A stretch of DNA of 63,668 nucleotides, filler included, from Octopus bimaculoides (GCF_001194135.2; 5 parts of 4 records of this genome joined end to end with filler, not necessarily neighbours in it), one strand, 5' to 3'; positions 12,124 to 25,840 are shown, counted from the first letter of the whole stretch. Made by a program: numbers and translations. The notes: a model not told the origin generated them from the letters alone.

Positions 12124-12614
12124 CACAAAGCAGACTACCTCGGCGAAGCTGACCTCGCGCTTTACAATTTCAAACGAGAGATAAAGATAAGTATCATTCC
12201 TATCAATGTTGATCATTTGCTCCTATGTTTTGATTTCTTGTGTTTGATACAAAAGTTTCATGTATCAAGGGAAGAGAAGATAGAAATTTTGATATTCTAT
12301 AATTTCCAAAGATTTCAAGTAGCAAACGAAGCTATGCATATGCCTCGATTTGTTGGAAGAATACCTATTGTTCTATCACAATATCTACAATTATTTATAT
12401 GCATTAATAACGTTTATTTTACCGACCCTACAATTATTTTTTACGGATTTACAATTGAAAATATATATTCAATCAAATTTCGTAGGAAAGTGTGTGAAAA
12501 CTCTATCGTGAAACCAATATTTAATTGTCAACTGTACCCAAAGATATCATCCTCAAATAACAGATGTAATTTCTTACTTTTATTTTAGAGTGAAATTTAG
12601 CATTTTGCTGCCAA

Positions 12615-12895
12615 GGTAGCGAGCTGGCAGAAACGTTAGCACGCCGGGCGAAATGCTAACGTCCTTGTTTGTCCCCTCTGTGTGTAGCCCCTTGTGGTCA
12701 GTAAAGAAATAAGAAACGTTAGCACGGGCGAAATGCTTAGCGGTATTTCGTCAGTCATTACGTTCTGAGTTCAAATTCCGTTGAGGTCGACTTTGCCTTT
12801 AATCCTTTCGGGGTTGATAGATTAAATACCAGTTGCGATCTAATCGATTGGTCCCCTTCCTCCCAAATTTCGGGTCTTGTGCCTAGAGTAGAAAA
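12615..12895 (+). mobile_element. Family A tRNA-derived SINE with internal partial duplication
   Basis: ggtagcgagctggcagaaacgttagcacgccgggcgaaatgct...gttctgagttcaaattccgttgaggtcgactttgcc; gaaacgttagcacg occurs twice. Confidence 0.8.
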
Positions 12896-12904
12896 GATTA
12901 ATCG

Positions 12905-13541
12905 CTAGCAGTAATACCCGTCGTGGTCGGGTAATTCATTTTACTGTTTCGCGGAAGCCACATTCAAAGTATTATTAGTATATATATAATTTACTCCTCC
13001 TGTATGTGTGTGTTTTTATAAGAGAAAAATATGTAATAATTGAAGTAGAAAAAAGAACAATTTCATACATGAACTTCTGTTTGTTTATTATATGACAATA
13101 ATGAGTCGTATGTGTTATTTTATTTATTAATACAGTAACTGCAAATATATAACACATGCATACTACTGCTTACAATAATAGAGATTACTGTATAATTTCT
13201 TCTATGTTCATAATTTTTGGTTTACAATATTGAAAAAATATACCACCAAAGAAAAGATGTAATCTCTCCAGAAACTGGAATAACTGGTATGCGAGGAACG
13301 AAGACGGTGTCACCTTTTACTAAAACAGTGAGAATATTTGCCTCAATGCAGTCCCTCATGGGTTTGTGCACAATTAGTGCTGTACCATTACATAATTTTT
13401 GTTGAGACAAATTAGGCAGTAGCATAATAGGAAATATAGAGAAAGCATAATAACTTCCCTTGAACAATTTACTTTCATTTTGGAGGGCAGATAAACGAAC
13501 AAACACACAAACCAACAGAATGTCTCTTTTATATATATAGA
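12905..13541 (-). mobile_element. Non-autonomous mini-Helitron with both termini and a PIF1-type helicase fragment
   Basis: Minus strand 5' A|TCTATATATATAAAAG at 13541; 3' hairpin acccgaccacgacgggta followed by CTAG at 12905. Internal MLLPNLSQQKLCNGTALIVHKPMRDCIEANILTVLVKGDTVFVPRIPVIP matches the Helitron helicase motif LLRNL..KLCNGT...IPRIP. Confidence 0.85.
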
Positions 13542-13551
13542 TAACGCCTAG

Positions 13552-13735
13552 TTAAGGTGACTAGCTGGCAGAATATTTAGCCAGAAGAAATGCTTAGCGT
13601 CTATTTGTCAGTCTTTACGTTCTGAGTTCAAATTCCGCCGACTTTGCCTTTCATTCTTTCGGGGTCGATGAAATCGACTAATCCCGTCCCACTAAATTTC
13701 AGGACTTCTAGGAGTCGATAAAATAAATTCAGTCA
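13552..13735 (+). mobile_element. Family A SINE
   Basis: taaggtgactagctggcagaat...gttctgagttcaaattccgccgactttgcctttcattctttcggggtcgat. Confidence 0.75.
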
Positions 13736-13819
13736 ATTATTGGGATATATGTAATCGACATGATCCCTCCAATAAAGGCTTCAAAATTATAAAGAATTAT
13801 TTATATAGGTCTGGTTTAA

Positions 13820-13915
13820 CTTATGCAGCCGTGTTGTTAGTAACTCTATCATGGTCCAGTTAACGCAGCCGTGTTGTTAGCACCTCCGTCATGGTTCAAT
13901 TGGTGCAGCTGTGTT
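13820..13915. repeat. ~40-bp imperfect tandem repeat, about 2.5 units
   Basis: gcagccgtgttgttag...tcatggt occurs twice, plus partial gcagctgtgtt. Confidence 0.6.
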
Positions 13916-14599
13916 AATGCAGTCGCAAGGTTTGAAACAAGTTAATGAAACATTCGTCGAATAAACAAGGTCTCCACTGTGTACAGCAACAATGTATGTT
14001 TGTGTGCGTCATTGACAATTAAATGCATTGGTTACTGACATAGCGTGTATCGTTAGTGATAGATTGTGACTTGCTGACCTAACACATGTTGACACAGCCA
14101 TTCAATATTTACTGTGTAAATAATATTAAGGTATATGTCGTCGACTTAACTTTCAGTTCTGCTGCATTCAAAGTTAGCTAGTATTTTCTATTTGTTATCA
14201 AATTTCTGTAAAAAGAAAATTCCCAACCATTTTAAGCAATAAGTTAATCTGATGATATATTTTCATCTGTACAAATAACCGAGAAAGATGTATTAAAAAA
14301 TTATGAAAAATGACTGTTATTTATCTTTCCTATGTACCAGAGTGATAAATAGTCAAATGTCTAACATTTTGTGAACTGTCATATTTATTGTCAAAGGATA
14401 TTAAGCATCAAATGTTTAGAATTCTTTGGTTTACAAAAGTTTATGGAAGACAAAGTAAAGTAGTCGAGTGGATGACAGGTTGTATTACTTTCTCATAGGT
14501 CATAAGTTCAAAACCCACACGCCTCCGTTCGTCTAGTTGTTGTAATAATCAGAAAACTTTACCTGTGACAGACTGGTGATGCCAGAGGTATTTTCTTTG

Positions 14600-15400
14600 A
14601 TAATTTTATAAAAATCATCACAAGATGCGATGAATTATGATGCGCTGTAGCGCGCGGAGGCAGCGACATATGGATTTATTCCTGGAATGTAAACAGAGTC
14701 GTTTATTCTATATACTTTTTTTCGCAGTTCGTATCTTTGATTGAGGCCCGGGAGAAATGTAGATCAAGGTTAGACTTCTGATATCTTGAATATTCCTAGT
14801 TGCTCACATTCTTCTTACCAGGCGGCTAGTCCGATCAGCGGATCGTCAATCCTTACATCAGTTAAATGATTAGCGGTAGGACAGGACGACGATGCTCTAG
14901 GTGATGCATTGGGTGTCAATGAAAGCCAACGGTATCTTTTGTACTACTCTCTGGTCAGGGATTGGGATTAACTTCTACACGACCCTGGACTGGCAGTGAT
15001 ACCGGAAGGCATTGCCAGCACAAGATAAACTTTATAGGCTGTCAACAGCATCTGCAATGATTGAGTGGACATTGATGATTGTGGAGAAGGAATTTGTTGA
15101 AGCAAATTTTCTACGACCGTATGTTCTCGTCCCTGACCCTAATCTATTCCAAGTAAGGTTATTTTTGTTTGTTTTCCTGTTATTGTGTCTAGGACAGATC
15201 AATGATTAGCAAAGTCTTTCTTAAAGATCACTACACTGTTTTCTTCAGCAAGGAATAGCAATTAGATTTCTTCTGTTTGATGGCTATGACAAAAAAGGTA
15301 TTAGACTAGTAAGGACTGAGTACAGGATATTTCCTTCACTAACATCCTTACATATTACCTCAAAAGTGGAGGAGGATATGCTGTTCTTCAGCATATTTCC
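14600..15400 (-). pseudogene. Highly degenerate LINE endonuclease-like remnant
   Basis: Minus-strand fragments such as FSTIINVHSIIAD resemble the AP-endonuclease TIIxxYSPT region; many stops, so the assignment is tentative. Confidence 0.25.
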
Positions 15401-16199
15401 CCAATAAGTGTTGTAGTTGTTTAATCTCAGGTCAACCCTCCTTAACTGAGCAGCCCTATGTTATTCCAGTCGGGACCATCCCGTGTTTTCGTGTATAGGG
15501 AATATAAGACCATATTGCTTAACATATTTCATTTGAGGTAGATTAAGTATTTTTATTATTTTTCTTTTATCATACCTATTACTCCAGTTTTTTCATGTGC
15601 TTCGCCCTTCTTATTTCAGCTTCTAGATCTTTCTACTTTGACAGTTTCTCCACCTCCTTTTGGGAGATACTTTGACCAGATGAGATTAACAAGTTTTTTT
15701 TTTAGATATAGATATGTTTGTCGCCACTTCAGTATGGCTGTTCCGTACAAACCGACGTAATTGTCATTTTTAAGCCCAACTGGAAGCCTCTTCTAGCTGG
15801 TTATCGATGCAGTCTGCACTCGACATATATTGCAAGAGGGGAAAAATGGTTGGGGGCTCACTCCTCTGCTTGCAATGTATGTCGGGCGCAGATTGCATCG
15901 ATAACCAGCTAGAAGAAGTTTCCTCTTAGGGATAAAAGTAGTAGTAACGTCGGTTCGTACGGAAATACTATGCTGAAATGGCGACAGGCATTACTTCTTA
16001 GTATAGTTATTACTTTCATCTCTTATAGAGATTTTCTAACTTTGCCTAAAATATAGATATTTTCTTTTTAGCCCTTGATAATTATATCGAGTCACTTTCC
16101 TTGGTCACCTTGTCAGTTTAAGTTGGTATGTACCACATGACTGTGGATACGACGTTATCATGTACCCTATTTCTTACATATTTTTACTAATTCTCATCT

Positions 16200-18700
16200 G
16201 TTTTCAGGTCGAATCATCGGAACATTGCCAAGTGAACCTAGCTAGCCATTCGAGTGTATCTGTAAATATACCTGGATTTGGCAAAGAGATGGTAACTCGA
16301 AACGATGTAGTGTACAGGTTCATTGTACTGGTTGCTTAGCCTGGACTTGATGTTAGCATCTTTTTTCACTATGCTTTTGTAGTTGTCTGTGATTAGGAAT
16401 TGTACAAGTTAAATAAGATCTGTTTCAGGTTTTAGACCTGAGCATTTGATCATTGTTGGCTTTCTCTCAGTACTCTGTCGAGTTTTTCAGTTTATTTATT
16501 TTTGAGTGATTGTTTTCTTTCTATTTTTTCTTTAGTATATTGTAGGATATAGCTGATTTTTGTCTTTGGTTTTAGTAATCTTTCCTGTCTTTTGTTTAGT
16601 TACGAAGATATTTTTTCCGGCGTATTTTTCAGTTTATAGTATATTGTTTCCCAATGCATAGAGAAAAAAAAGAATGTTTCTTCGTGTTTCCTTAATACAT
16701 GAATCAGTTTCTCTTTGCATTCTTCTAAATTCTTTGAAGTAGTTTTCTGTTTGTATCAGGTCCACTACCTTGTGTGCAGAATAGGAATACAGCATTGGTG
16801 CACTAGCTTCAGTTTATTGTTAGTACTTACGTAATTTTTCTGTCAAAGCTCTTTCCTTGACTTAACTTTTAGTTTATTATGTCGAAGTTACAACTCACAA
16901 TAGCTTGTGTATTTAATATTGTTTCTAATTTTTCCTTTCATTTCTCCGTTTTGCATCTTATCAGTTACAGCTGATTTATTATTGGTGGTTCTCGTCTAAT
17001 TATATTCGGTCTAATTCTAGTTGTTCTCTAATTCCATTTGTATCTTATTATTGTTCCTAGTCTTAGATAACTTACCCTTTCTGAGAGTAGCATGAGCACA
17101 CTTGTCTAATCTCATATTCCTTTTTATGTTTTGGTTGAAGGAATTTTTAACAATTTTCACTAGGTTTTCCAACTGTATATAATCCCTTGTAAATATTCTC
17201 TAGTCGTCCATATGGAGCATACAGTTTATAGCTTGTCCAAGTATCAACAGATTTATTCATAGTCAAATCTGAGTAAAAGAGGAAAAGAGATAAACAGTCC
17301 CCTTGGAAGATTTCTCTTCGTATAGATTTAGAATTGATTTTAGTTATCTTCTCTTTACTTGGCATTGATATGGTTGTTTTCCATATTGACATTGGATGCT
17401 TGATGAACTTTGTTACGATTAGGACGGTTTGTATTTATGTGGAGTGTCTCCAGTATCCAAGACAATAGTATACTATCAAATGCTTTTCAGTAAATACTCA
17501 GCCCATGTAAAGTTATGTCTTCGGCTTTTTGCTTTTAGTTTAATAATTTGGTTCAAATGTAGCTGTTCTTTTCAACCATGCAGCTATTTCAGGTAGTCTT
17601 TAGGCGAGTGACCAACCTTTTGTTGATTATAGATATAAAGACTTTGGTGGTCTCTAGTATCTTTGTTTTTGAGTACTAATATTGTTTCCCTCCAGCATTA
17701 ATTCACGTCAGACGTTTCTAGTTAGACGCTTTAGCTTGTCAATCACAAATGCTTACCAGTAGCATTCAGTTCCTAATGTTTTGGTGAATTTCTTGCTGAT
17801 TATATGTGCTCTTTCCTCCTCCCTTCTAATCCATTGTGCTTAATATTTTTGTTCTGTATTCTCTTGCCGCATGCTCGGATTTGAGTTGATGTGCCATCGA
17901 CTGTTGTTTTATTTTTATTTATGTCTCTGTAAAATCGTTTCACGTTTAATTCAAATACCGTTTTCTCTTGGAAGAAGCACTTTATCCGGCATCGTTTTGT
18001 TTATAGGAGCTTTCCTTCTGTTTTCTATATTATTAGTATTATACATTTTAGCAGTTTGGATTCTTATTTCTTTTCTTTGTCACGTTGAATCCGTCCCTTT
18101 TCCATTTTGCTAAGTATAGGTCCTTTCCTTTTTCATTCAATGTTAAGCAGTTTGTTTTCTTTTATGTGGCGCTGAGGAAAATATGACTCTATTAAGATCA
18201 AGCCCAATTTCCCCTCGTTATTACCATTGCTACTGAATGCATCAGATCATTCAGTTTGTTGATATTCAGGTAGTTTATTTCCATGGATAGAATTACTTGC
18301 AGAGCCCTATTACATTTATTCATTCTTTGGTGGAGTTGATTGTTCGTGTGAGGCTATTAGCAGCGTTGAACCCTGTTCATTGATTTTGCTGTGTTCTTTT
18401 TATTTTCTTTATTGTTTATGTTATGTCCTCCTTAATGTTAACTCTGGTTGATCTATTGTGGTGTATATTTTTATTTTGTTTGTTGCTAAGGGTAGGGTCG
18501 AAGTTATACTTTTATTGTGGTTGTTTAATTGGTTAAATATTTCCCTGGAGACTTCTATGGTCTTCATCACCATTTTGGATTTTAGGATTTTTTCTTTTGT
18601 GCCTTTTTTTTCACTGTAATGCCTGATCATTTATTTTTTGTGTGATGGTTTCTGTATTATTATCACGGTATTTTAAAAGACTGATTTATTGCATGTACAG
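16200..18700 (-). mobile_element. Old R4/Dong-like non-LTR retrotransposon relic
   Basis: RT fragments EQLHLNQII..., KAFDS..SWILETL (~17440-17560) and IRREIFQGDCLSLFLF...KLYAP (17147-17392); heavily frameshifted; boundaries approximate. Confidence 0.7.
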
Positions 18701-19879
18701 TCGTCTCATTTGTATAGCTTTCATTTTTGTGGAGTCTTACGCGTTTTGTGTGTGATGGGTTATGTTGTGAGGCTTTTATTGGTTTGTGGTAGGACGTCTT
18801 TTTTATGTGTATTCGCTTGCTTCATTTTATTTTAACTGTAAATTCTTTTTATGAGTTTGTTCTATTTCAGTGTTTGAGACCTTGTTATTGTTTATTACAA
18901 ATCTTCGGACATTCACATTGTGCACACGGGTTGATATTTTTTCTCACTTCATTTATTTTTCCTTTCGCAGCTCCACTGCTCTTTTATAATGCAGTGTAGT
19001 GGACATGCTGTTGATGTGTAATGGGAATGAACGCATCAATACAATATTCATTGGTCTAAAATTCTCTTTAATTTAATTTTTTATGAAGGACACTAGCGGT
19101 ATGAGTTGGATCTTTCTGGTCGGTGTTAACATTCTGAGAGAACTTGACTTCTGAACCACGTCTTACATTACTTTCATATCGTGATTGCAATAATCTTTCG
19201 CTATGGAATTCATTATTCATCCTGAATCGGTTGGTCGTTTTTGTTGCTGGCTGATTTAGTCATAGAACATTGTTTTTTTTTGTTAAATAGTATTTATATA
19301 TTTATTTTAAGTTTGTTTCCGTTACCTTTTTATTTTGTATAGAACAATTTATTTAATTTTGTCCCGAGCGTTCATTCGTTTCTTCTTTCTGTATGGGTGC
19401 ATGCTATTTAAATATTTTGTGTGTAATAATCATACGTAGTACTATAATCTAATAAGTATCACTTGTACTTACTGGGATGAGGTTGCTTTATTTTTCTGTT
19501 GCTGTTATCGTCATGATCATCATCATCGTCGTCGTCGTCGTCGTCGTCGTCCTCCTCCTCCTCCTCCTCCTCCTCATCATCATCATCATCTGCGAGCTGA
19601 TTTGCGCATGTTTACACCTGTTTTCATAAATTTCTTTAAATAAAGTTGGAATTTTTGTCATTTAATTGTTTTTAAGATATTCACTGAAAAGAGAGCGTGT
19701 AAAATCTACTAAATTGCTCTCTAATTCGGGGAGTAGCGTTACGTTCCTCCGTCACCGGCAGCCAGAGGACAAATTTATTTTTTGTTATGAAAAGTGTCAA
19801 TAAATGTAAGATTTGAATAGGGAGGAGTGGTGGGAGGCTGTGATAGTGGTAAAGATAAACCTGTCGTCTGCCATGAAAA

Positions 19880-21150
19880 TATGGTAGCCAAAGCAAAAAA
19901 TCAGTTTTATTTCAAGAATTTTCAGAGAAATATAATAACAAATGTGAAGGTGATATCTCTGATACTATCACAACAATAACAATATTCAGATCAACAACAG
20001 CAACTGTAACAAAAAAAAAAAAAAAAAAAAAATCAACAAAACAAGAACAAAACACGATCTCCTCTGCATCTCCAGCAAACATCTTCAGGGGATGCCCTCT
20101 CTTAAACAATAAAAATACACAAAACTCCCTTGTTTATGCTATTGTCTTTGGGTTCCTTGAACACCTAATTTAACAACAAAGTTGAATCAGATAATCTAGC
20201 TTTGATCAGAATTAAGGGAGAAAAATCTCTAAACCCGAAAACTGTCTTACATATAGTAATAGAAGAGATGCCAGATGATAGACAACAATAACAACACAAA
20301 CTAGAACAGCAAAAACAGCAACAAAAACAACAGAAAAAAGAGCTACAACAAATGTAACAAGAATGACAACAACAACAAAGCAACAGTAAATACTTCAATG
20401 TTGTTCAACAATAAATACTTCAATGCAAGAGCAAAAGAAATCACAAGCATTACAAAAAGTTAGAAATAAATGACGTGAAGAAACATTTCTCTTCTTTGCT
20501 TCAGAGACAGTCTCCTATTGAGAGCATCAGGTGTATTTAGAACTGTACGGCAGAAATTCCCAATATGGGGTATTTTTTTTAAATAAGCAAACAAAGTTCC
20601 AAACGCACATCCAGCAATGTATAATGCACTCCAAAAATGAACCTTGAGTAGTCTTCTCATTTCTCTTCAGCTGGAGCAATATTGAGAGCATTCATGAGTG
20701 AATGCAGGAAAAGCAGGGCCATTTATTGAATGACTTCAGATTACTAAACTTAGATACAATAGGTATTACCAACTCGAGTTTTCGGATCGCACATACTCAC
20801 CTTCAATCGCTGTGAAATTTACGCTTTGGGTAGTCAAAACGATTGAGTAAAGTCCCGTTCTTGATTCGAAAAGGTCTGAATTTCTATGTAAAAACAATCT
20901 TTTTGAACCCAAATGGCATGTTATTGATCCCGAACTTGAACAATAGCAAAGGAAATGTCTTGAGTCTAGTAGTCGTTTTTTTCCTAGGTTATCCATTGGT
21001 ATCGGTGGAAGATACTTGATTTTGTGGCAGTGGCTTTTCCTAATACGCCAATGTGGATATGATAAAACTGCAGCAGAGAGTGACAGTGTAGGCTGTCCAT
21101 AATTCAAGGTTCTTAGTTACACAGACTCTATGTTTGTGACCATTCAGAAA
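19880..21150 (+). mobile_element. Degenerate L1/Tx1-like LINE 5' region (ORF1-like low-complexity part plus AP endonuclease)
   Basis: GHLLNDFRLLNLDTIGIT (~20718) and FLIRKGLNFYVKTIFLNPNGMLLI (~20857) resemble the APE N-terminus; boundaries approximate. Confidence 0.55.
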
Positions 21151-22055
21151 ACCTAGACTGATTAATATGACAGCGCTGTGGTTAATGGAAGCTTAATGCA
21201 CGCTTCCATTCAAGGAACGCATACAGAAATCGAGTGAGTGGGTTAGTTAAGCGGGAATTGTCGGACACAATCATTAACAATAGAGAAAATTCTAATAGAG
21301 AAGAAGCCAACTGGTGAAATCAAAGCGGCTAATTCTCCGAATTAAGGTACATAATCCTGGATGTGTGGGAACGAAAGAAATTCCCTAGGCCTAGGTAGTG
21401 GAGATACAATATGGCAATAAAGCCATATTTTCATCTTTGATAGAGAATAGTAAGTACGTGCTATGCATTACCATGATATATGTACATTTTCTCGGTAGAA
21501 ATATGTCAGTCTGTTCGCGAAGAGCAACGAATTGGAGAATCTCATCTCAAGCACACCGCCAATAAGACTTCTTTTGGGAACGTCGAAAGAAGTGAATCTT
21601 CCAATACAGAACGGACAGAAACTTTTTGGTGTTTCTACTCACTACAGAAAAGTCCGAATTGGAACCAAAGCTAAGAATCCAATTCTCTCTCATTATATTT
21701 TTGTTTGGCAATAGGATATATAAATGTACGTCACCTGGGGGGGGGGGGGGTCTGTTTAGGAGCAAAAAGTTTTCGCATTTCTTTGAGAAAACTTCATCAA
21801 AGACAAACGTCATCTTCATTCCTTTCTTATTCTTGGTTAATTAGCATATTTAGTGATCTTGAATACACCATTTAGTATTTAACCTCCCTGTGTCTTTGAA
21901 CTTCCTCAGTATTTTCGATACCTTTCAATATGAGTGTGGGAATGTGGCTGTGTGGTTACTTCTTATGCTAAAGTACGAAATATCTAACTAGTGGATGTTT
22001 CAAACCTATGTGCCAGCACTGCTATCTTCCGCATATATTCTTCCTCAATCTTGGC

Positions 22056-22195
22056 GCAGGCGTGGCTGTGTGGTAAAAAATTTGCTTCTCAATCACATGG
22101 TTCCGGGTTCAGTACCACAGCATGGCAACTTGGGCGAGTGTTTTCTAAAATAGCCTCGGGCCGGCCAAATCCTTGTGAGTGGATTTGGTAGACGG

Positions 22196-22260
<65 letters not shown>

Positions 22261-22450
22261 GTTTGTGTGTGTTTGTTCATCACGATGACAACGTTTATGT
22301 CCCTGTAACTTAGTGTTTCGGCAAAAGAGACCGATAGAATAAGCACCAGGTTTAAAATAAAAATTAGTGTGGTCGATTCGTTCGACTAAAAAAAAAAGTC
22401 TTCAAGGCAGCGCCCCTGCATGGCCGCAGTCTAAGACAAATAAGTACAAG
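22056..22450 (+). mobile_element. Complete bipartite family B SINE: head, internal (TA)n(TG)n, 3' module
   Basis: gcaggcgtggctgtgtggtaaaaa...gtagacgg, then microsatellite 22196-22260, then gtccctgtaacttag...gcaaaagagaccgatagaataag...gcatggccgcagtc. Confidence 0.85.
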
Positions 22451-23007
22451 GTAGCATCATAATTTGCTGAGTTAAATAGTAAAATATATCGATAAACTAT
22501 ATATATACAGTCTGTTTTTCCTTCACTTTGTTTTACAATGTATTAGAGGCAATGAAGGTTTTAAAATTCTTTGGGCTTCTTTTCGTATAGTGTATGGCAT
22601 GTAATCAAGTATAATGCAGGTATATATTTATGTACACGTTAGTTTAATTCCCACCAGTCTCAAAGTGGATGGCATTAAACTCAGAACATAGACGAAATTA
22701 AATACTGCAATGCATATATTTATACTACCGCTACTTCTTTCCTTATGTAACATCGAATGATATATGACATTGACAGACGAATAAACATTTAGATTGATGA
22801 GCGTAGTCAAGTTAATCGATATCAGTATTTCACTGGTATGCATTTCATCTGTTCTGGCAGCATTTTCAGGAAGATATAAAAGAGGAAATCTAACTGCCAT
22901 AAAACGTATAGTCGTTCACTTTACCGTTTCTGTCACTCCATTATGTCGTCTTATATAAAATAATAAATAGTTATTACATTAAACGGAGTGAATAGATAAT
23001 TATAAAG

Positions 23008-23192
23008 GTGTATTAAGGTAAACTTAATATTTCTAGCCGATGCTGCAAGACTTAGCTAATGTAAACAAACGTAAACAAATGACGGTTGTTATTTTTTCCG
23101 CGATATAAGATACGAGGATATAACGGTTGTTTGTTTACATATGTCAACATTTTCACAGTGTCGGCTAAAAGGTATTGTTTACCTTAATACAC
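23008..23192. mobile_element. Small MITE/foldback
   Basis: Exact 15-bp terminal IR gtgtattaaggtaaa / tttaccttaatacac, with looser inverted similarity continuing ~65 bp inward (tagccga/tcggcta, tgtaaacaaac/gtttgtttaca). Confidence 0.75.
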
Positions 23193-23439
23193 ATCTAGAA
23201 AACAAAAATTTCGAGCAGAGGGTGGTAGTCGATTGAATTGACTTAGTAACGAAACTAGTACTTTATTCTATGGACCTTAGAGAAATAGAAAACTAAGTTT
23301 ACCTCGGTGAGATTAAATCGAAGTGTTGCTGATAAATAGTAGTAGTAGTAGTAGTAGCAGCAACTGTAGTAGTATTTGTATTGGTATTAATATTAGTTGT
23401 AGTAGTAGTAGCAGCAGTAAAAATTAGTTGTAGCAGCCG

Positions 23440-23602
23440 CATCCTTTCGTCATTACGTTCTGAGTTCAAATTCCGCCGAGGTCGACTCTGCCTTTCATCC
23501 TTTTAAGATCGATAAATTAAATACCAGTGAAACACTGGGATCGATGTAATCGACTTGTCCCCTCCCACCAAATTTCAGGCCTTGTGCCTATAGTAGAAAG
23601 AA

Positions 23603-23647
<45 letters not shown>

Positions 23648-24390
23648 GTAGTAGTAGTAGTAGTAGTATTATTATTAAGGCGGCGAGTTGGCAGAATCGT
23701 TAACATGCTGGACGAAATGCTTAGCGGTACTTCGCTTATTGCTACGTTCTGAGTTCAAATTCCGCCGAGGTCGACTTTGCCTTTCGGGGTCAATAAATTA
23801 AGTACCAGTGAAATTCTGGGGTCGAGGTAATCGACTCATCCCCTCCCCCAAAATTTCAGGCCTTGTACCTATAATAGAAAGAATTATTATTATTATTAGT
23901 AAAACTAATATTGATGGTGATAATAATAATTCTTTGTACTATAGGCACATGGGCTGAAATTTTGAAGAAAAGGACTAGTCAATTATATTGACCCCGGTGC
24001 TGAACTTGATTTATCGACTCCGAAAAGATAAAACGCAAAGTCTACTTCGGCAGCGATTATTAATTGTCATGAGGTGAAAGATAAAGTTGAACTCAGAACA
24101 TAAATTATCGGAACACATACCGTAAGACATTTTGTTCGTCGCTCTAACGTTTCTGCCAATCCATCACACTAAAAGTATACTTGTTTCGAACATAGGTATA
24201 TGACTAGAAATTTTCGGAAAGGAGTCACTCAATTCAATCAAACATAATACTTAATCGGTACTTTGCTTCGTCGACTCTGGAAGAGCAAAGTTGACCTCGA
24301 CAGGATTTGAACATAAACGATAAAGAACAATAACAGACACCATGAAGCATTTTATCCGATGTTGTATCTATTCTGCCAGGCCGCCATTAA
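23440..24390. mobile_element. Cluster of four family A SINEs arranged +,+,-,-
   Basis: Plus copies ~23440-23600 and 23679-23880; minus copies ~23930-24140 and ~24180-24390 (aaagttgaactcagaac, aagttgacctcgacaggatttgaac). Confidence 0.75.
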
Positions 24391-25228
24391 TAAATGACAT
24401 ACGGTATTTTCTGGTACACAAGTCCGGTTTTTCAGACCAAAATTTACAGTCAAGATAAAAGGTAGGTTGACTTATAACACCAAGATACTTTGAAGACCAA
24501 AAATTCCACGTGAAATGCAACAAGATTTGAAAAAAATAGCGACTATGTTTGAATGTTTATATTTCGTGTTTAAATTATATACTACGTCGACTTGTATGTC
24601 GTAAAATACGTTAAGATCAAATTGTCAAAAGACAGTTGAGTGTGAAAACTTCATCTATATTGTAGTTCAAATCACTATAAGTTCCTCGATATTGATAAAA
24701 TAGTACCAGAAATAAAATAGTAGCAATGAGTACATCGTACACTAACGATACTCTGGAAAGCATGAATATTTACTATTTGAATTTCTATCATTTTCTAAAT
24801 TGGAAGCTTATGACAGTGTTGAGAAATCCTCACACATTTCCGCACGTATCTAGCTATACGCTCACATGCACACACACACACAGCTATATATCTACATAGT
24901 GTCAATACGGCGGGGATTTTGAATAAATAAATGTATTTAGTTACATTGCAAAAATTGCCCCACGGGGGATTTTTTGGGTTGCTTTAGATGATTATCAAAG
25001 TTAGAAGTACCCTTCTTATTAAAGAAAAACTCACAAGAATTCTTTCGATTCTTTCTAAGATGTTGAGATAAAGCAGACAAAATTTGTGCTAGACACAACT
25101 CATATTTATTTGTCTAAACAAACTGGTCGGTTCAATTCTCATTCCAAGTTATCTAAAAGACCCTCATGGGGCCTTAAATATATAAGGATTATAACCATAC
25201 ACACACACACACATATGTATGCGCACTA

Positions 25229-25275
<47 letters not shown>

Positions 25276-25738
25276 CGTGTTTGTGGTTTGTTGTGTGATT
25301 ATATATGTGCTAGATCTCTAAGAAGGTAAAAACTAAGTAATGTTAGATGGTCATAGAGCAAAGTTCAACCAACAAAAATCTTAATTATTTGCTTTTCGGC
25401 AAAGTGGTAGTGTGTGAGTTATTAACGTGTCCGGCGTATTTAGCTTTATATCATATCAACCACTAACACACAGACATACAGACGCCATTGCTCTTTGTCT
25501 CGACAGAAAAAAAGCATAATGAGATAACCATGCGCGAAGAGTTTGTCTCCAAGAAATTAATCTATCTTTATTTATTTATAACTAGATGAAGCATTGATTA
25601 AACAGGGTAACATTAACTGTTTAATTTATTTAGATGTCTCTCCCTTTAGATTGTCCCCGTATTTTACTGTTTTCTTTTTTTTTGCCTTTCTGTATCATAA
25701 ATACAATACAGTGAATGTTAATTTTCTGAAAAACATAC

Positions 25739-25840
25739 CGGATGCTCATAGTGATGGCACAAATAAGTGGGAAGACAGTAACATATACGAGGAAGACATA
25801 TAAGAATACTTGGCTATGTTGCCTATGGCAACGGACCAAT
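25739..25840 (-). CDS. Candidate exon encoding a transmembrane or signal-anchor segment
   Basis: Acceptor ctctttgctattacttcttAG| at 25840, donor CCG|GTATGT at 25739; 102 nt, phase 2-2, LVRCHRQHSQVFLYVFLVYVTVFPLICAITMSI. Alternatively extends to ATGs at 25875/25872 (acceptor at 25882). Confidence 0.4.

Noticed and set aside
25712-25803. Plus-strand terminal exon NVNFLKNIPDAHSDGTNKWEDSNIYEEDI*
   Set aside because: It overlaps the better supported minus-strand exon; no upstream partner identified. Not fully excluded.
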